A stretch of 64,000 nucleotides of DNA. Origin: Pseudomonadota bacterium. Its GTDB lineage: Bacteria; Pseudomonadota; Alphaproteobacteria; Caulobacterales; Hyphomonadaceae. The stretch lies in contig JBCAWZ010000004.1 of NCBI GenBank assembly GCA_038534315.1, positions 37,837 through 101,836 on the forward strand, given 5' to 3'. This document shows positions 38,735 through 47,253 of this stretch, piece by piece; position 1 is the stretch's first letter, and every line of letters starts with the position of its first letter. Both the position numbers and the translations under genes were made by a program. Under the pieces are notes generated by a model. It was not told the origin of the DNA and searched no databases. It worked only from the letters and a program-made list of their open reading frames with translations.

Positions 38735-39302
38735 CTTGCCGTCTCAGCAGGATTAAGCAGACAAAACCGAAACAGGCGATGCCGACCGCGGCCGGAAACA
38801 ACACCGTGGTCCAGGAATGGTTTGCCAGCGCCAATAGGACGAAAACGTTTCGAACGGCGCCGATGGCAAAGAAGGTCGCATTCTCTTCCCAGGGTCGATC
38901 ATACGCTTTTCGAACAGATGGTCCGAAACCGAGCAGATCAACAAGGGTTAGAATGATCACCGCCGATAGAGCGGTCTCGGTCAGGAACCGTAGCGGCAAA
39001 GCGCTTGCCGCCAGCGCCAGGAACACCCAGTCCATCGCCACGATGCTCCGATCTGCGCCGCGTGAGAGCGCGAGCATCGCAATGCCGAATGTGATCACAC
39101 CCGACACACCGATCACCATCGCGCCGAAGCCGCCGCCATCCAATAGTTGCGCGGCGAATACGACCAAAGTGCCCACGCCCCAAATAAACCAGGAAAACAC
39201 ATGAGGCCTTGTTTGACCGCTGATGACCGCTCGGATGTAGGGATACAAGGCCGCAAAGGTCAGCATCAGCGCGATGCTGCCAAATCCGGCTTTCAGAGAC
39301 AG
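38688..39302 (-). CDS. Conserved membrane protein (PQ-loop-like); start uncertain
   Basis: YPYIRAV..G.TRPHVFSWFIW and GFGPSVRKAY..P.EE repeat pattern. No ATG before the first helix; the start could be CTG 39302/39296 or ATG 39266. Confidence 0.65.
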   Translation of the reverse strand: MSLKAGFGSIALMLTFAALYPYIRAVISGQTRPHVFSWFIWGVGTLVVFAAQLLDGGGFGAMVIGVSGVITFGIAMLALSRGADRSIVAMDWVFLALAASALPLRFLTETALSAVIILTLVDLLGFGPSVRKAYDRPWEENATFFAIGAVRNVFVLLALANHSWTTVLFPAAVGIACFGFVCLILLRRQVKPQSHQTARLDDRA

Positions 39303-39315
39303 AAATTCTGGCGAT

Positions 39316-40731
39316 TTAGCTGGCTGGTGGATCGAAACTTGGCGCTGCAGGTCGAATTTGCCGAACCCCGCCAGCCTCAGGATCTGGAAACACTTCCATA
39401 ATCGCGAGTGAGCGTTCTGCAGTGCCGTCTTCACGGAAACGGAACAGACCGTTCACACCTGCAAAGCCCTGATCCTGCATGAGTTCTTCCGTTGTTAGCA
39501 TGCCATCTGCTGAAAGCGCCATGGACAACGCTGCGGCGTCATAAGCCGCCGCAGCAAGCGCCGTTGGGCTCGCGCCATAAGTCTCTTCGTAACGGGTTTC
39601 GAACGATTCGATCTCATCGGCTGGCGGGCTTGGGAACCACGCACCGCGCAGGCTTGGTTCACGCCAAATCTCAGGATCATTCCAACTGCTCAAACCGAGC
39701 ATTTTCACAATACGTGTGTCGACGCCGTAAAATGCCAGAAGAGGCGCGACTTGGCGCAGCCGGTTGCCGCGTTCCGGAACCAGCACGGCGACTTTGCGAC
39801 CCAGTTCCGCTTCTGCGGCGATCAGCAACGCAAAGCTCTCGGCTTCAGTGCTCGGATTGGTATTGCCTGACTCATAGAAACGAGAGGCAATCATCGTCCC
39901 ACCGGTCAGCATTACATCGCGTCGCATTTTCGCTTCGACACGTTGGCCGAGGCTGCTGAAGGGACCGAAAAAGGCAAACGCATCATAGCCCTGCAAATAG
40001 GCGTAATTGATGATTTCAGAGACTTCTTCTTCCGGAGTGATTGAAGCGAACCAAGTATTCGGGCCGGCAACAGAGGTGTCATTCGAGAAGGTGATGACGG
40101 GCACACTCGGTTTGAACTCTTCCTCAAATTCGGACGCGGGATCTAGCCTGGATCGTCCGAACAAGCTGGCAAGTGGGTCTTGAATTTCAGGTTCCGGTGC
40201 GAAGGCGTCTCTTGTCGGCGCGACATTTGCGCCAAATAGCGGGCCCAAGATCAGGTCTGCGCCGGCGTCCACCAGCTCTTCAGCGACAGCGCCAGCGGTT
40301 TCGGCAGAACCTGCTGTGTCGCGCGGCAACAAGACGTAATTCTCGTTAAACCCATCGAACAAAGCGAGCTCAATCGCCGCCAGCATCCCTTCGGCTTCTT
40401 CGCGAACAGCAGCGCGGCGATCTGAGAAGGGCAGCATGACGCCGGCGCGAAAGATGTCGCGGTCGCGCAAATGTGGTGGTGTAAAATCCTGATCTTCGAA
40501 CACATCAATGGGTTGGCTGACGCGTTCTCCCCCCAGTTCGATGTCGGGATTGATCGGAATGTCGTTACTTGTATCAACAGGTGGCGTCGCCGGTTCGGCT
40601 CGCGGTTGGCCCGTTGAAATCGGTCCGACCGGACCAGTCGGCTGGGTCGCGCAGCCCGCAACCAGTAGCGCCGTACAGAAAAAGAGGCTTGGCGCCAGCC
40701 GGCGGAAGCGCGATTGTGACCGTAATGGCAT
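39316..40731 (-). CDS. Penicillin-binding protein activator LpoA-like lipoprotein
   Basis: Lipobox VAGC, periplasmic binding protein-like (AGVMLPFS, LILGPLFG, AAYDAA, GFAGVNGLFRF..DG.AERSLAI); divergent from rsmI. Confidence 0.8.
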   Translation of the reverse strand: MPLRSQSRFRRLAPSLFFCTALLVAGCATQPTGPVGPISTGQPRAEPATPPVDTSNDIPINPDIELGGERVSQPIDVFEDQDFTPPHLRDRDIFRAGVMLPFSDRRAAVREEAEGMLAAIELALFDGFNENYVLLPRDTAGSAETAGAVAEELVDAGADLILGPLFGANVAPTRDAFAPEPEIQDPLASLFGRSRLDPASEFEEEFKPSVPVITFSNDTSVAGPNTWFASITPEEEVSEIINYAYLQGYDAFAFFGPFSSLGQRVEAKMRRDVMLTGGTMIASRFYESGNTNPSTEAESFALLIAAEAELGRKVAVLVPERGNRLRQVAPLLAFYGVDTRIVKMLGLSSWNDPEIWREPSLRGAWFPSPPADEIESFETRYEETYGASPTALAAAAYDAAALSMALSADGMLTTEELMQDQGFAGVNGLFRFREDGTAERSLAIMEVFPDPEAGGVRQIRPAAPSFDPPAS

Positions 40732-41660
40732 CTGATCGTCCCTTTGATACGGAGTCCCGATTGCGCGGGACACCTGAGTCGTCCGAAGACCCTAAAACCG
40801 GTCCGGGAGCCGCGCAACCGCCCGCGCCCGGTCTCTACTTAATTGCTACACCCATCGGCAATCTCCGCGACATCACCCTTAGAGCCTTGGATCTTTTGGG
40901 CCAGGTTGACGAAGTATTGGCAGAAGACACACGGGTGGCGCGCCGCTTGTTAGATGCGCACGGCATTCGTGCGAAACTCAGCCCTTATCATGACCATAAT
41001 GGGGCGCAGCGCCGCCCCGAAATTGTACAGCGCATCCAGCAGGGCGAAACGCTGGCTTTGATCAGTGATGCTGGAACGCCGTTGGTATCTGACCCGGGTT
41101 GGAAGCTGGTGAGTGATGCGATCAAAGCGGACTGTTTGGTTGTGCCGATCCCAGGCGCATCTTCCGCGCTGGCCGGCTTGGTCGCCAGTGGCTTGCCCTC
41201 GGATCGGTTCCTATTTCAGGGGTTTCTGCCGCAAAAACAAGGCGCCCGGCGCGCCATCCTACAGGAATTGAAATCACTGTCTTCAACCTTGATCTTTTTT
41301 GAGTCCGCCGCCCGGCTACCCAACCGATTGGAAGAGTTTTCCGATGTGTTTGGGACCGAGCGACAGGCTGTGATTGCCCGCGAATTGACAAAGTTGTTTG
41401 AAGAGTTTCGGCGCGACTCTCTCGGCGCACTGGCCGAATACTATCGAGGCGCAGGCGCGCCAAAGGGAGAGGTGGTGATCTTGGTTGGGCCCGCAGCACC
41501 CCGCAGCGTCGCCACGGAGGCTGATATTGATGCAGCGCTGCGCAGCGCGCTGGCACAACAACCCCTGAAAAGCGCCGCCCTGGAGGTGGCTGAAGCATTT
41601 GGCCTGCCGAGACGGGATATGTACCAGCGCGCTTTGGCCCTTAAAGATGCCGAGGGTTGA
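40725..41660 (+). CDS. rsmI: 16S rRNA C1402 2'-O-methyltransferase
   Basis: LYLIATPIGNLRDITLRA, AEDTR, ISDAGTPLVSDPG, ARELTKLFEE, KGEVVI. Confidence 0.95.
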   Translation: MASDRPFDTESRLRGTPESSEDPKTGPGAAQPPAPGLYLIATPIGNLRDITLRALDLLGQVDEVLAEDTRVARRLLDAHGIRAKLSPYHDHNGAQRRPEIVQRIQQGETLALISDAGTPLVSDPGWKLVSDAIKADCLVVPIPGASSALAGLVASGLPSDRFLFQGFLPQKQGARRAILQELKSLSSTLIFFESAARLPNRLEEFSDVFGTERQAVIARELTKLFEEFRRDSLGALAEYYRGAGAPKGEVVILVGPAAPRSVATEADIDAALRSALAQQPLKSAALEVAEAFGLPRRDMYQRALALKDAEG

Positions 41661-42018
41661 AAGCCGCCAGCGAAAAGCGGCAGAACGTCGCGGCCGACGA
41701 TCGGAGCGGATTGCCGAGCTTTGGTTGATGCTCAAAGGCTATCAGATCCTTGCCCGTCGGGTCCGATTGCCGATGGGTGAAATCGACCTGATCGCTCGGC
41801 GCAGCCAAGTTCTGGCCTTTGTTGAAGTCAAACAGCGCAAATCGCTGGCCTTGGCACAAGACGCGGTATCAGAGCTGGCTTGGCGTCGTATTTCGGCAGC
41901 AGCTGCAACTTGGGCAGCGCGTCGAAACGATTTGGTGACACTGACATGGCGATATGATCTTGTAGCGATTGTTGAGGGGCAGCGTCCCCACCATTTTCGT
42001 GACTATTGGCGGCCCTAA
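41647..42018 (+). CDS. yraN: YraN family protein (UPF0102)
   Basis: GRRSE, GEIDLIA, FVEVK, RYDLV; follows rsmI. Confidence 0.9.
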   Translation: MPRVESRQRKAAERRGRRSERIAELWLMLKGYQILARRVRLPMGEIDLIARRSQVLAFVEVKQRKSLALAQDAVSELAWRRISAAAATWAARRNDLVTLTWRYDLVAIVEGQRPHHFRDYWRP

Positions 42019-42074
42019 TCTTGCCAAAAGAATTGTCATACTGACGAACACTGAAATCGATTGAGGACACGATC

Positions 42075-42722
42075 ATGTCGAACCGGCTTACTCTTCTTGC
42101 GCTCGGTCTGTTAATTCCGCTGTCGAGCTGTGCCGCCGCGGCTGTCGGCGCCGCCGGGGCGGGAGCGGTCACCGCCGCTCAGGAAAAGACATTTGGCGAA
42201 GCCGTGGATGATGCGGCGCTGTCGACCGAGATCAAAAGCAATTTAATGTCGACGGGCGGCATGGGCGAAGTTGATGTCGAGGTCTCCGGCGCGCTAGTTC
42301 TATTATCTGGCCGCGTCGATACGCCCGATAAGCGCCTGCTTGCTGAGAGTCTTGCTTGGGCCGCCAAGCGGACCAAAGATGTCGCCAATGAGATCCGCAT
42401 CGAATCGGCCGGCGGTTTTATTTCCAATGCATCGGATGAGTTGATTTCGGCGCGGGTCCGTTCGCGCCTCTTGGGGTCGAGTTCCGTGCGAGCAGCGAAT
42501 ATCAATGTCGAGACTTATGGCGGCACAGTCTATCTGTTGGGCATTGCGCGTAACGAAAAAGAGCTGCGCCAGGCGGCTGAAGAAGCCAGCAAAGCCGGCG
42601 GCGTAAATCAAGTTGTGTCTTATATCCGTCTGCGCGACGATCGCGGCGAAGTGGTGCCGTATCAACCCAAGGAACCTGCGCCGAACAATCCGAACGAACT
42701 GGCGGGTGGGCCTGCCGGTTAG
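42075..42722 (+). CDS. BON-domain lipoprotein (YraP/DolP-like)
   Basis: Lipobox LSSC, two BON domains (VLLSGRV...VANEI; VYLLGIA...GVNQVVSY). Confidence 0.88.
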   Translation: MSNRLTLLALGLLIPLSSCAAAAVGAAGAGAVTAAQEKTFGEAVDDAALSTEIKSNLMSTGGMGEVDVEVSGALVLLSGRVDTPDKRLLAESLAWAAKRTKDVANEIRIESAGGFISNASDELISARVRSRLLGSSSVRAANINVETYGGTVYLLGIARNEKELRQAAEEASKAGGVNQVVSYIRLRDDRGEVVPYQPKEPAPNNPNELAGGPAG

Positions 42723-42782
42723 CGTAGCGCTTTTCTTTTTCTGATTTTCCACCTAGACGCTCTGTCCTACGGAGGAGCGTCC

Positions 42783-43739
42783 ATGAGCCTACGCGTTGCG
42801 ATACAAACCGATCCGCTAGAACAAATCGATGTCGCGTCTAACACGACATTTGCTTTGGCCGAAGCAGCTCAGGCCGTGGGGGCGACTCTCTACTTTTATC
42901 GGCCTCAAGATTTGACCTACAATGCCGGTAAGATAACGGTCCTGGCCGAACCGGCGCAAGTTCAACGAGACAATGCCGCACCTGTAATCGCGTCGGACCG
43001 GGTACGGCTGGATCTACGCGGCGATGTGGATGTGGTTCTGATGCGGCAGGATCCACCCTTCGACACGGCCTACATCACCGCTTGCCATATTCTCGAATTG
43101 CTTGCGCCAGAGACGCTGGTGCTGAACGATCCCGAGCATGTGCGATCTGGCCCTGAGAAATTGTTCCCGCTTCTGGTCGACGAATTCATGCCGCCAACGC
43201 TGATCTCGAGAGATGTGGACGAGATCGAGGCGTTTCGCGCAATGCACAAGGATGTCATCGTCAAACCACTTTATGGCTTCGGCGGCGGCGACGTTTTCCA
43301 TGTCAAACCTGGCGATAACAATTTTTCACCCCTGGTCGATTTGTTCTTGGGGCGGACCCGAGAACCCCTCATCGTTCAGGCCTTTCTGCCGGCCGTTGCC
43401 GAAGGCGATAAGCGGATCATTCTTATCGATGGCGAACCGATCGGTGGGTTTAACCGAATACCGCAAACGGGTCATGCCCGTTCAAACCTTGCGGTTGGCG
43501 GGCGTGCAGAAGCGAGCGATCTCAGCGCGGCAGATCTCGCGATTTGCAGTGCGATCGGGCCGATCCTCAAACAACGCGGACAGGTCCTGGTCGGCATCGA
43601 CGTCATTGGCGGACGTTTGACTGAGGTGAACAACACGTCACCCACCGGCGTTCAGCAAGTTCGCGAATTTACCGGTCGCGATCCGGCGGTAATGTTTTGG
43701 AAAGTGGTGCAAGAGAAACTTGCCAAGTCCAAAGTCTGA
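42783..43739 (+). CDS. gshB: Glutathione synthetase
   Basis: MRQDPPFD, PEKL, VKPLYGFGG, GDKR, RSNLAVGG, GIDVIG, TSPTG. Confidence 0.92.
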   Translation: MSLRVAIQTDPLEQIDVASNTTFALAEAAQAVGATLYFYRPQDLTYNAGKITVLAEPAQVQRDNAAPVIASDRVRLDLRGDVDVVLMRQDPPFDTAYITACHILELLAPETLVLNDPEHVRSGPEKLFPLLVDEFMPPTLISRDVDEIEAFRAMHKDVIVKPLYGFGGGDVFHVKPGDNNFSPLVDLFLGRTREPLIVQAFLPAVAEGDKRIILIDGEPIGGFNRIPQTGHARSNLAVGGRAEASDLSAADLAICSAIGPILKQRGQVLVGIDVIGGRLTEVNNTSPTGVQQVREFTGRDPAVMFWKVVQEKLAKSKV

Positions 43740-43754
43740 GGTCAGAATTCCCAC

Positions 43755-44090
43755 ATGGTGTTAAAAGCAACTTCAATCAGCGCTTTGGCTGCCCTCGCCT
43801 TTGCAGGAACAGCTTCGATCCAATTGGCATCTGCGGAACCGAGCGACGATGATTTCAATCTCGCCTTTCCAAGCGATGAAGCCGTAGAGGCGACCAACAC
43901 TGACGGATTTAATCTGCGCATGCCGGGAGATCCGGTCGGGCAACCAAGTGACGACTTTAATCTGTCTTCGGATGTGACCACGTCGAACGGCCTGTCTGGC
44001 TTGCCGGAATTTGATACCAGCGCCCTTGAAGAAGTCCCAGAGGAGGCGCCCAAAGAGGATTTGGACGCCGTGATCCGGCTCGAGCCTTAA
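43755..44090 (+). CDS. Small secreted acidic hypothetical protein
   Basis: Signal peptide, three D(D/G)FNL repeats, acidic low-complexity body. Confidence 0.65.
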   Translation: MVLKATSISALAALAFAGTASIQLASAEPSDDDFNLAFPSDEAVEATNTDGFNLRMPGDPVGQPSDDFNLSSDVTTSNGLSGLPEFDTSALEEVPEEAPKEDLDAVIRLEP

Positions 44091-44129
44091 TCGCTTGAGT
44101 CTAGGCGGGCTCTATTGATCGAGCCGCCC

Positions 44130-44144
44130 GTTCTTTATCTGTTC
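44130..44144 (+). promoter_or_regulatory. Alphaproteobacterial LexA (SOS) box upstream of comM
   Basis: GTTC-tttatct-GTTC, exact GTTC-N7-GTTC, 38 bp before the comM ATG. Confidence 0.75.
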
Positions 44145-44182
44145 TCAATGCTCTGCTAGCCTTCCTGATCAGGAGGCTTGCC

Positions 44183-45724
44183 ATGGTTTGCCGTATCACC
44201 ACATTCGCGTTTTCCGGCATCGAGGCGCAACCTGTCGATGTACAAGTGCATCTGGCGAGTGCAGCGCAACCTGTGTTCACCATTGTTGGTTTGCCCGACA
44301 AGGCGGTCGGCGAAAGCCGCGAACGCGTGCGGGCGGCGTTTAGCGCATTGGGCCTGGCGTTGCCGCCGAAACGGATCACCGTTAATTTGGCCCCGGCTGA
44401 TTTGCCAAAAGAAGGCAGTCACTACGATCTCGCGATCGCGCTCGCAATCATGGCGGCGATGGACATTATTCCGGCGGATGCGCTGGATGGGCACGCAGCG
44501 CTCGGCGAACTTTCGCTCGACGGGAAAATACAACACAGCATGGGCGTGCTTCCGGCGGCAATCAAAGCAACAGAACTTGGTCTTACCCTGATCTGCCCGG
44601 ATGTTTGCGGACAAGAGGCGGCATGGGCTGGGCCCGGCAGCTATGGCGCGGCAAATCTCATCGCCTTGATCAATCACTTTCTGGGCCGCGTCCCCTTGCT
44701 GCCGCCGGAGCGAGGTGCAGTCGACGAAACTATTGAAATCGCCGACTTGGGAGATGTGAAGGGTCAAGACGGGGCAAAACGCGTGCTCGAAATCGCGGCT
44801 GCCGGCGGGCATAATTTGCTTTTTTGCGGTCCGCCCGGCTCGGGTAAATCGATGCTCGCACGCCGCCTATCGGGTTTGTTGCCTCCTTTGTCAGCGGCAG
44901 AGTTGCTCGAAGTCTCTCAAATCCAATCTGTGGGGGGACTGCTGCAACGCGGCCAGCTTTCACGACAGCGTCCGTTTCGAGCGCCGCACCATTCTGCATC
45001 GATGCCGGCGCTTGTTGGCGGCGGCGCCCGCGCCCGTCCAGGTGAAATTTCGTTGGCCCATTGCGGCGTGCTTTTCCTCGACGAGTTACCGGAATTCCCG
45101 GCGCAGGTGCTCGACAGTTTGCGGCAACCACTTGAAGATCGGTTCGTCACCATATCGCGGGCCAATTGCCATGTCCGCTATCCGGCAAAGTTTCAGCTGA
45201 TCGCAGCAATGAATCCCTGTCGCTGCGGCGGTGGTGAAGGACAAGGTCAATGCCGGCGCGGCCCTCAGTGTGCGCAACGTTATCAAGCGCGCATTTCCGG
45301 GCCACTCTTTGACCGGATTGATTTGTTCTATGACACGCCTGCTGTCACAGCATTGGACCTCAGTGCACCAGGACCAACAGAGACAAGCGATTCCGTCCGC
45401 AAACGCGTGGCCGAAGCCCGTGCCTGTCAAGCCGAGCGGTCGCCGGATGAGCAGGGCGGCACAACCAATTCGGACATTGCCGTTCCGCAGCTTGAAGCCT
45501 GCGCGACACCGGATGCATCTGGCGCGGCGCTTCTGACCGATGCCGCGGTGAAGTTGCAACTCTCAGCGCGGTCTTACTACCGGGTTTTGCGCGTTGCTCG
45601 GACCTTGGCCGACTTGGAAGGTAGCGTCGCTGTTCGGCGCCTGCACATTGCGGAGGCGCTTTCCTATCGCCGCCGGGCCCCGACGGACATCGAGAACGGT
45701 GAAATCAGGCTTGCCAGCGGTTGA
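44183..45724 (+). CDS. comM: YifB/ComM Mg-chelatase-like AAA+ ATPase
   Basis: VGLPDKAVGESRER, NLAPADLPKEGSHYDL, GPPGSGKS, FRAPHHSAS, LDELPEF, ISGPLFDRID. Confidence 0.95.
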   Translation: MVCRITTFAFSGIEAQPVDVQVHLASAAQPVFTIVGLPDKAVGESRERVRAAFSALGLALPPKRITVNLAPADLPKEGSHYDLAIALAIMAAMDIIPADALDGHAALGELSLDGKIQHSMGVLPAAIKATELGLTLICPDVCGQEAAWAGPGSYGAANLIALINHFLGRVPLLPPERGAVDETIEIADLGDVKGQDGAKRVLEIAAAGGHNLLFCGPPGSGKSMLARRLSGLLPPLSAAELLEVSQIQSVGGLLQRGQLSRQRPFRAPHHSASMPALVGGGARARPGEISLAHCGVLFLDELPEFPAQVLDSLRQPLEDRFVTISRANCHVRYPAKFQLIAAMNPCRCGGGEGQGQCRRGPQCAQRYQARISGPLFDRIDLFYDTPAVTALDLSAPGPTETSDSVRKRVAEARACQAERSPDEQGGTTNSDIAVPQLEACATPDASGAALLTDAAVKLQLSARSYYRVLRVARTLADLEGSVAVRRLHIAEALSYRRRAPTDIENGEIRLASG

Positions 45725-45771
45725 GCTGGCCGTTTACCATTTTCTCAACTGCTTTCGCCCAAACAGAGTAA

Positions 45772-47253
45772 ATGGCCGCTGACGAAACCCATCTGACGCC
45801 GGAACAGGCATTTCTTGCGACGACGAGTCATGAGATCCGTACCCCTTTGAATGGCATTCTGGGGACGGTGTCATTGCTGTTGGAAACTGAACTCGACCCG
45901 GCGCAACGCGAATATGTTGTCGCGATCCAGCAATCGGGCAGTCAGTTGCTCGATTTGCTGAACAATGTGCTCGACTATGCGCGCATGGAAGCCGGCTCGA
46001 TCGATCTCGAGCGCGTCACGTTCCAGCCGAGCGAATTGGCACGCGAAGTCGCAGAATTGTTGGCGCCGCGCGCGCATGCGGCGAGTTTGGATCTCGCAGT
46101 ACGAACCTCCGATCGCGTTCCGGCGGAATTGATCGGTGATGATGGAAAGTTGCGGCAAATCCTATTCAACCTCACCGGCAACGCTCTGAAATTTACCCAG
46201 GAAGGTAGCATCCTTATCGATTTGGATTATCAGGCAGGTACGCTGCTGATCCGGATTTTTGATACTGGGCTTGGCATTGAAACCGACCGACAAGCCGATC
46301 TTTTTGAAGCCTTTCGTCAAGCACGGTCGACCGATGGCGACAAAGATCATGGAGTTGGATTGGGCCTCGCCATTGTCGCTCGGTTGTGCACGGCCATGTC
46401 CGGCGAAGTGCGGGTAAGTTCGACGCCAGGACAAGGCGCTGTGTTTGAAGTGCGTGTGCCGATGGCCTTGGCGCCAGGTGCTCGGACGGGTGTTTCCCCA
46501 AAACTCTCCGGATCTGTTGGATTGGCGGGTTTGCCGAAAGCGACCCTGCTGGCGGCGACCGCTGGGCTGAGTGCTGCTGGTGCCAAGCCGATTTCGCTGG
46601 ATCCACCGACACCGGCCCAAATGCGCGGCGCGGGTCTCGTCCTGGCAAGCGCCGATTTGCCGGAAGATACGCTCCGTGCGCTTTGCAATGTCGCGCCGGT
46701 GCTGATCGTGCTACGCCCAGAAGACCGAGCGCATATGCCTCGCTTCCGCACACTGGGTGCGGCGGGATGGCTGGTTCGGCCGCTGCGCGAGAGCTCTCTC
46801 ATTGAGCGGGTCCGGCTCGCCATGTCTGGAGAGTCTTCGGGAGCGGAGGCAGACGATGCTGACTTTACCGGTGAAGGCCGCGTGGTGATTGCGGATGACA
46901 ATCCAGTCAATGCGTTGATTGCCCAAAGAGCGCTTGAATCAGCGGGGTTTTCAACCAGCGTCGCCTCAACCGGGCGGGATGCTCTGGATCTTATCGATCA
47001 AACCAATCCGAGCTTGGTGCTGATGGATTTACGCATGCCGGTGATGGATGGGTTCGAAGCGATGCGCCGATTGCGCGCGTCCGGTCGCAACGTTCCTGTG
47101 ATCGCCATTTCGGCTGAGATTGATCCGGAAATCGAGCGTAAAGCGCGAGCAGCTGGTGCCGACGGTGTGGCTGCGAAACCTCTTGATGCCGACGCGTTGA
47201 GGCGGTTGGCGAGCATGTGGATCAGTCGCAAAACCGATGCGGGCGCGGCATGA
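45772..47253 (+). CDS. shkA: Sensor-less hybrid histidine kinase, ShkA orthologue (DHp-CA-pseudoRec-Rec)
   Basis: SHEIRTPLNG after only ~15 residues, N/G1/F/G2 boxes, degenerate first receiver, intact second receiver (DDNPVN...MDLRMP...KP); comM-kinase-ampG order as I recall it for Caulobacter. Confidence 0.78.
   Translation: MAADETHLTPEQAFLATTSHEIRTPLNGILGTVSLLLETELDPAQREYVVAIQQSGSQLLDLLNNVLDYARMEAGSIDLERVTFQPSELAREVAELLAPRAHAASLDLAVRTSDRVPAELIGDDGKLRQILFNLTGNALKFTQEGSILIDLDYQAGTLLIRIFDTGLGIETDRQADLFEAFRQARSTDGDKDHGVGLGLAIVARLCTAMSGEVRVSSTPGQGAVFEVRVPMALAPGARTGVSPKLSGSVGLAGLPKATLLAATAGLSAAGAKPISLDPPTPAQMRGAGLVLASADLPEDTLRALCNVAPVLIVLRPEDRAHMPRFRTLGAAGWLVRPLRESSLIERVRLAMSGESSGAEADDADFTGEGRVVIADDNPVNALIAQRALESAGFSTSVASTGRDALDLIDQTNPSLVLMDLRMPVMDGFEAMRRLRASGRNVPVIAISAEIDPEIERKARAAGADGVAAKPLDADALRRLASMWISRKTDAGAA

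Noticed and set aside
42783-43739. Possible neofunctionalised glutathione synthetase (QTDP, EVNNTSPT variants)
   Set aside because: Key motifs are retained and the gene sits in the usual rsmI-yraN-BON-gshB context.
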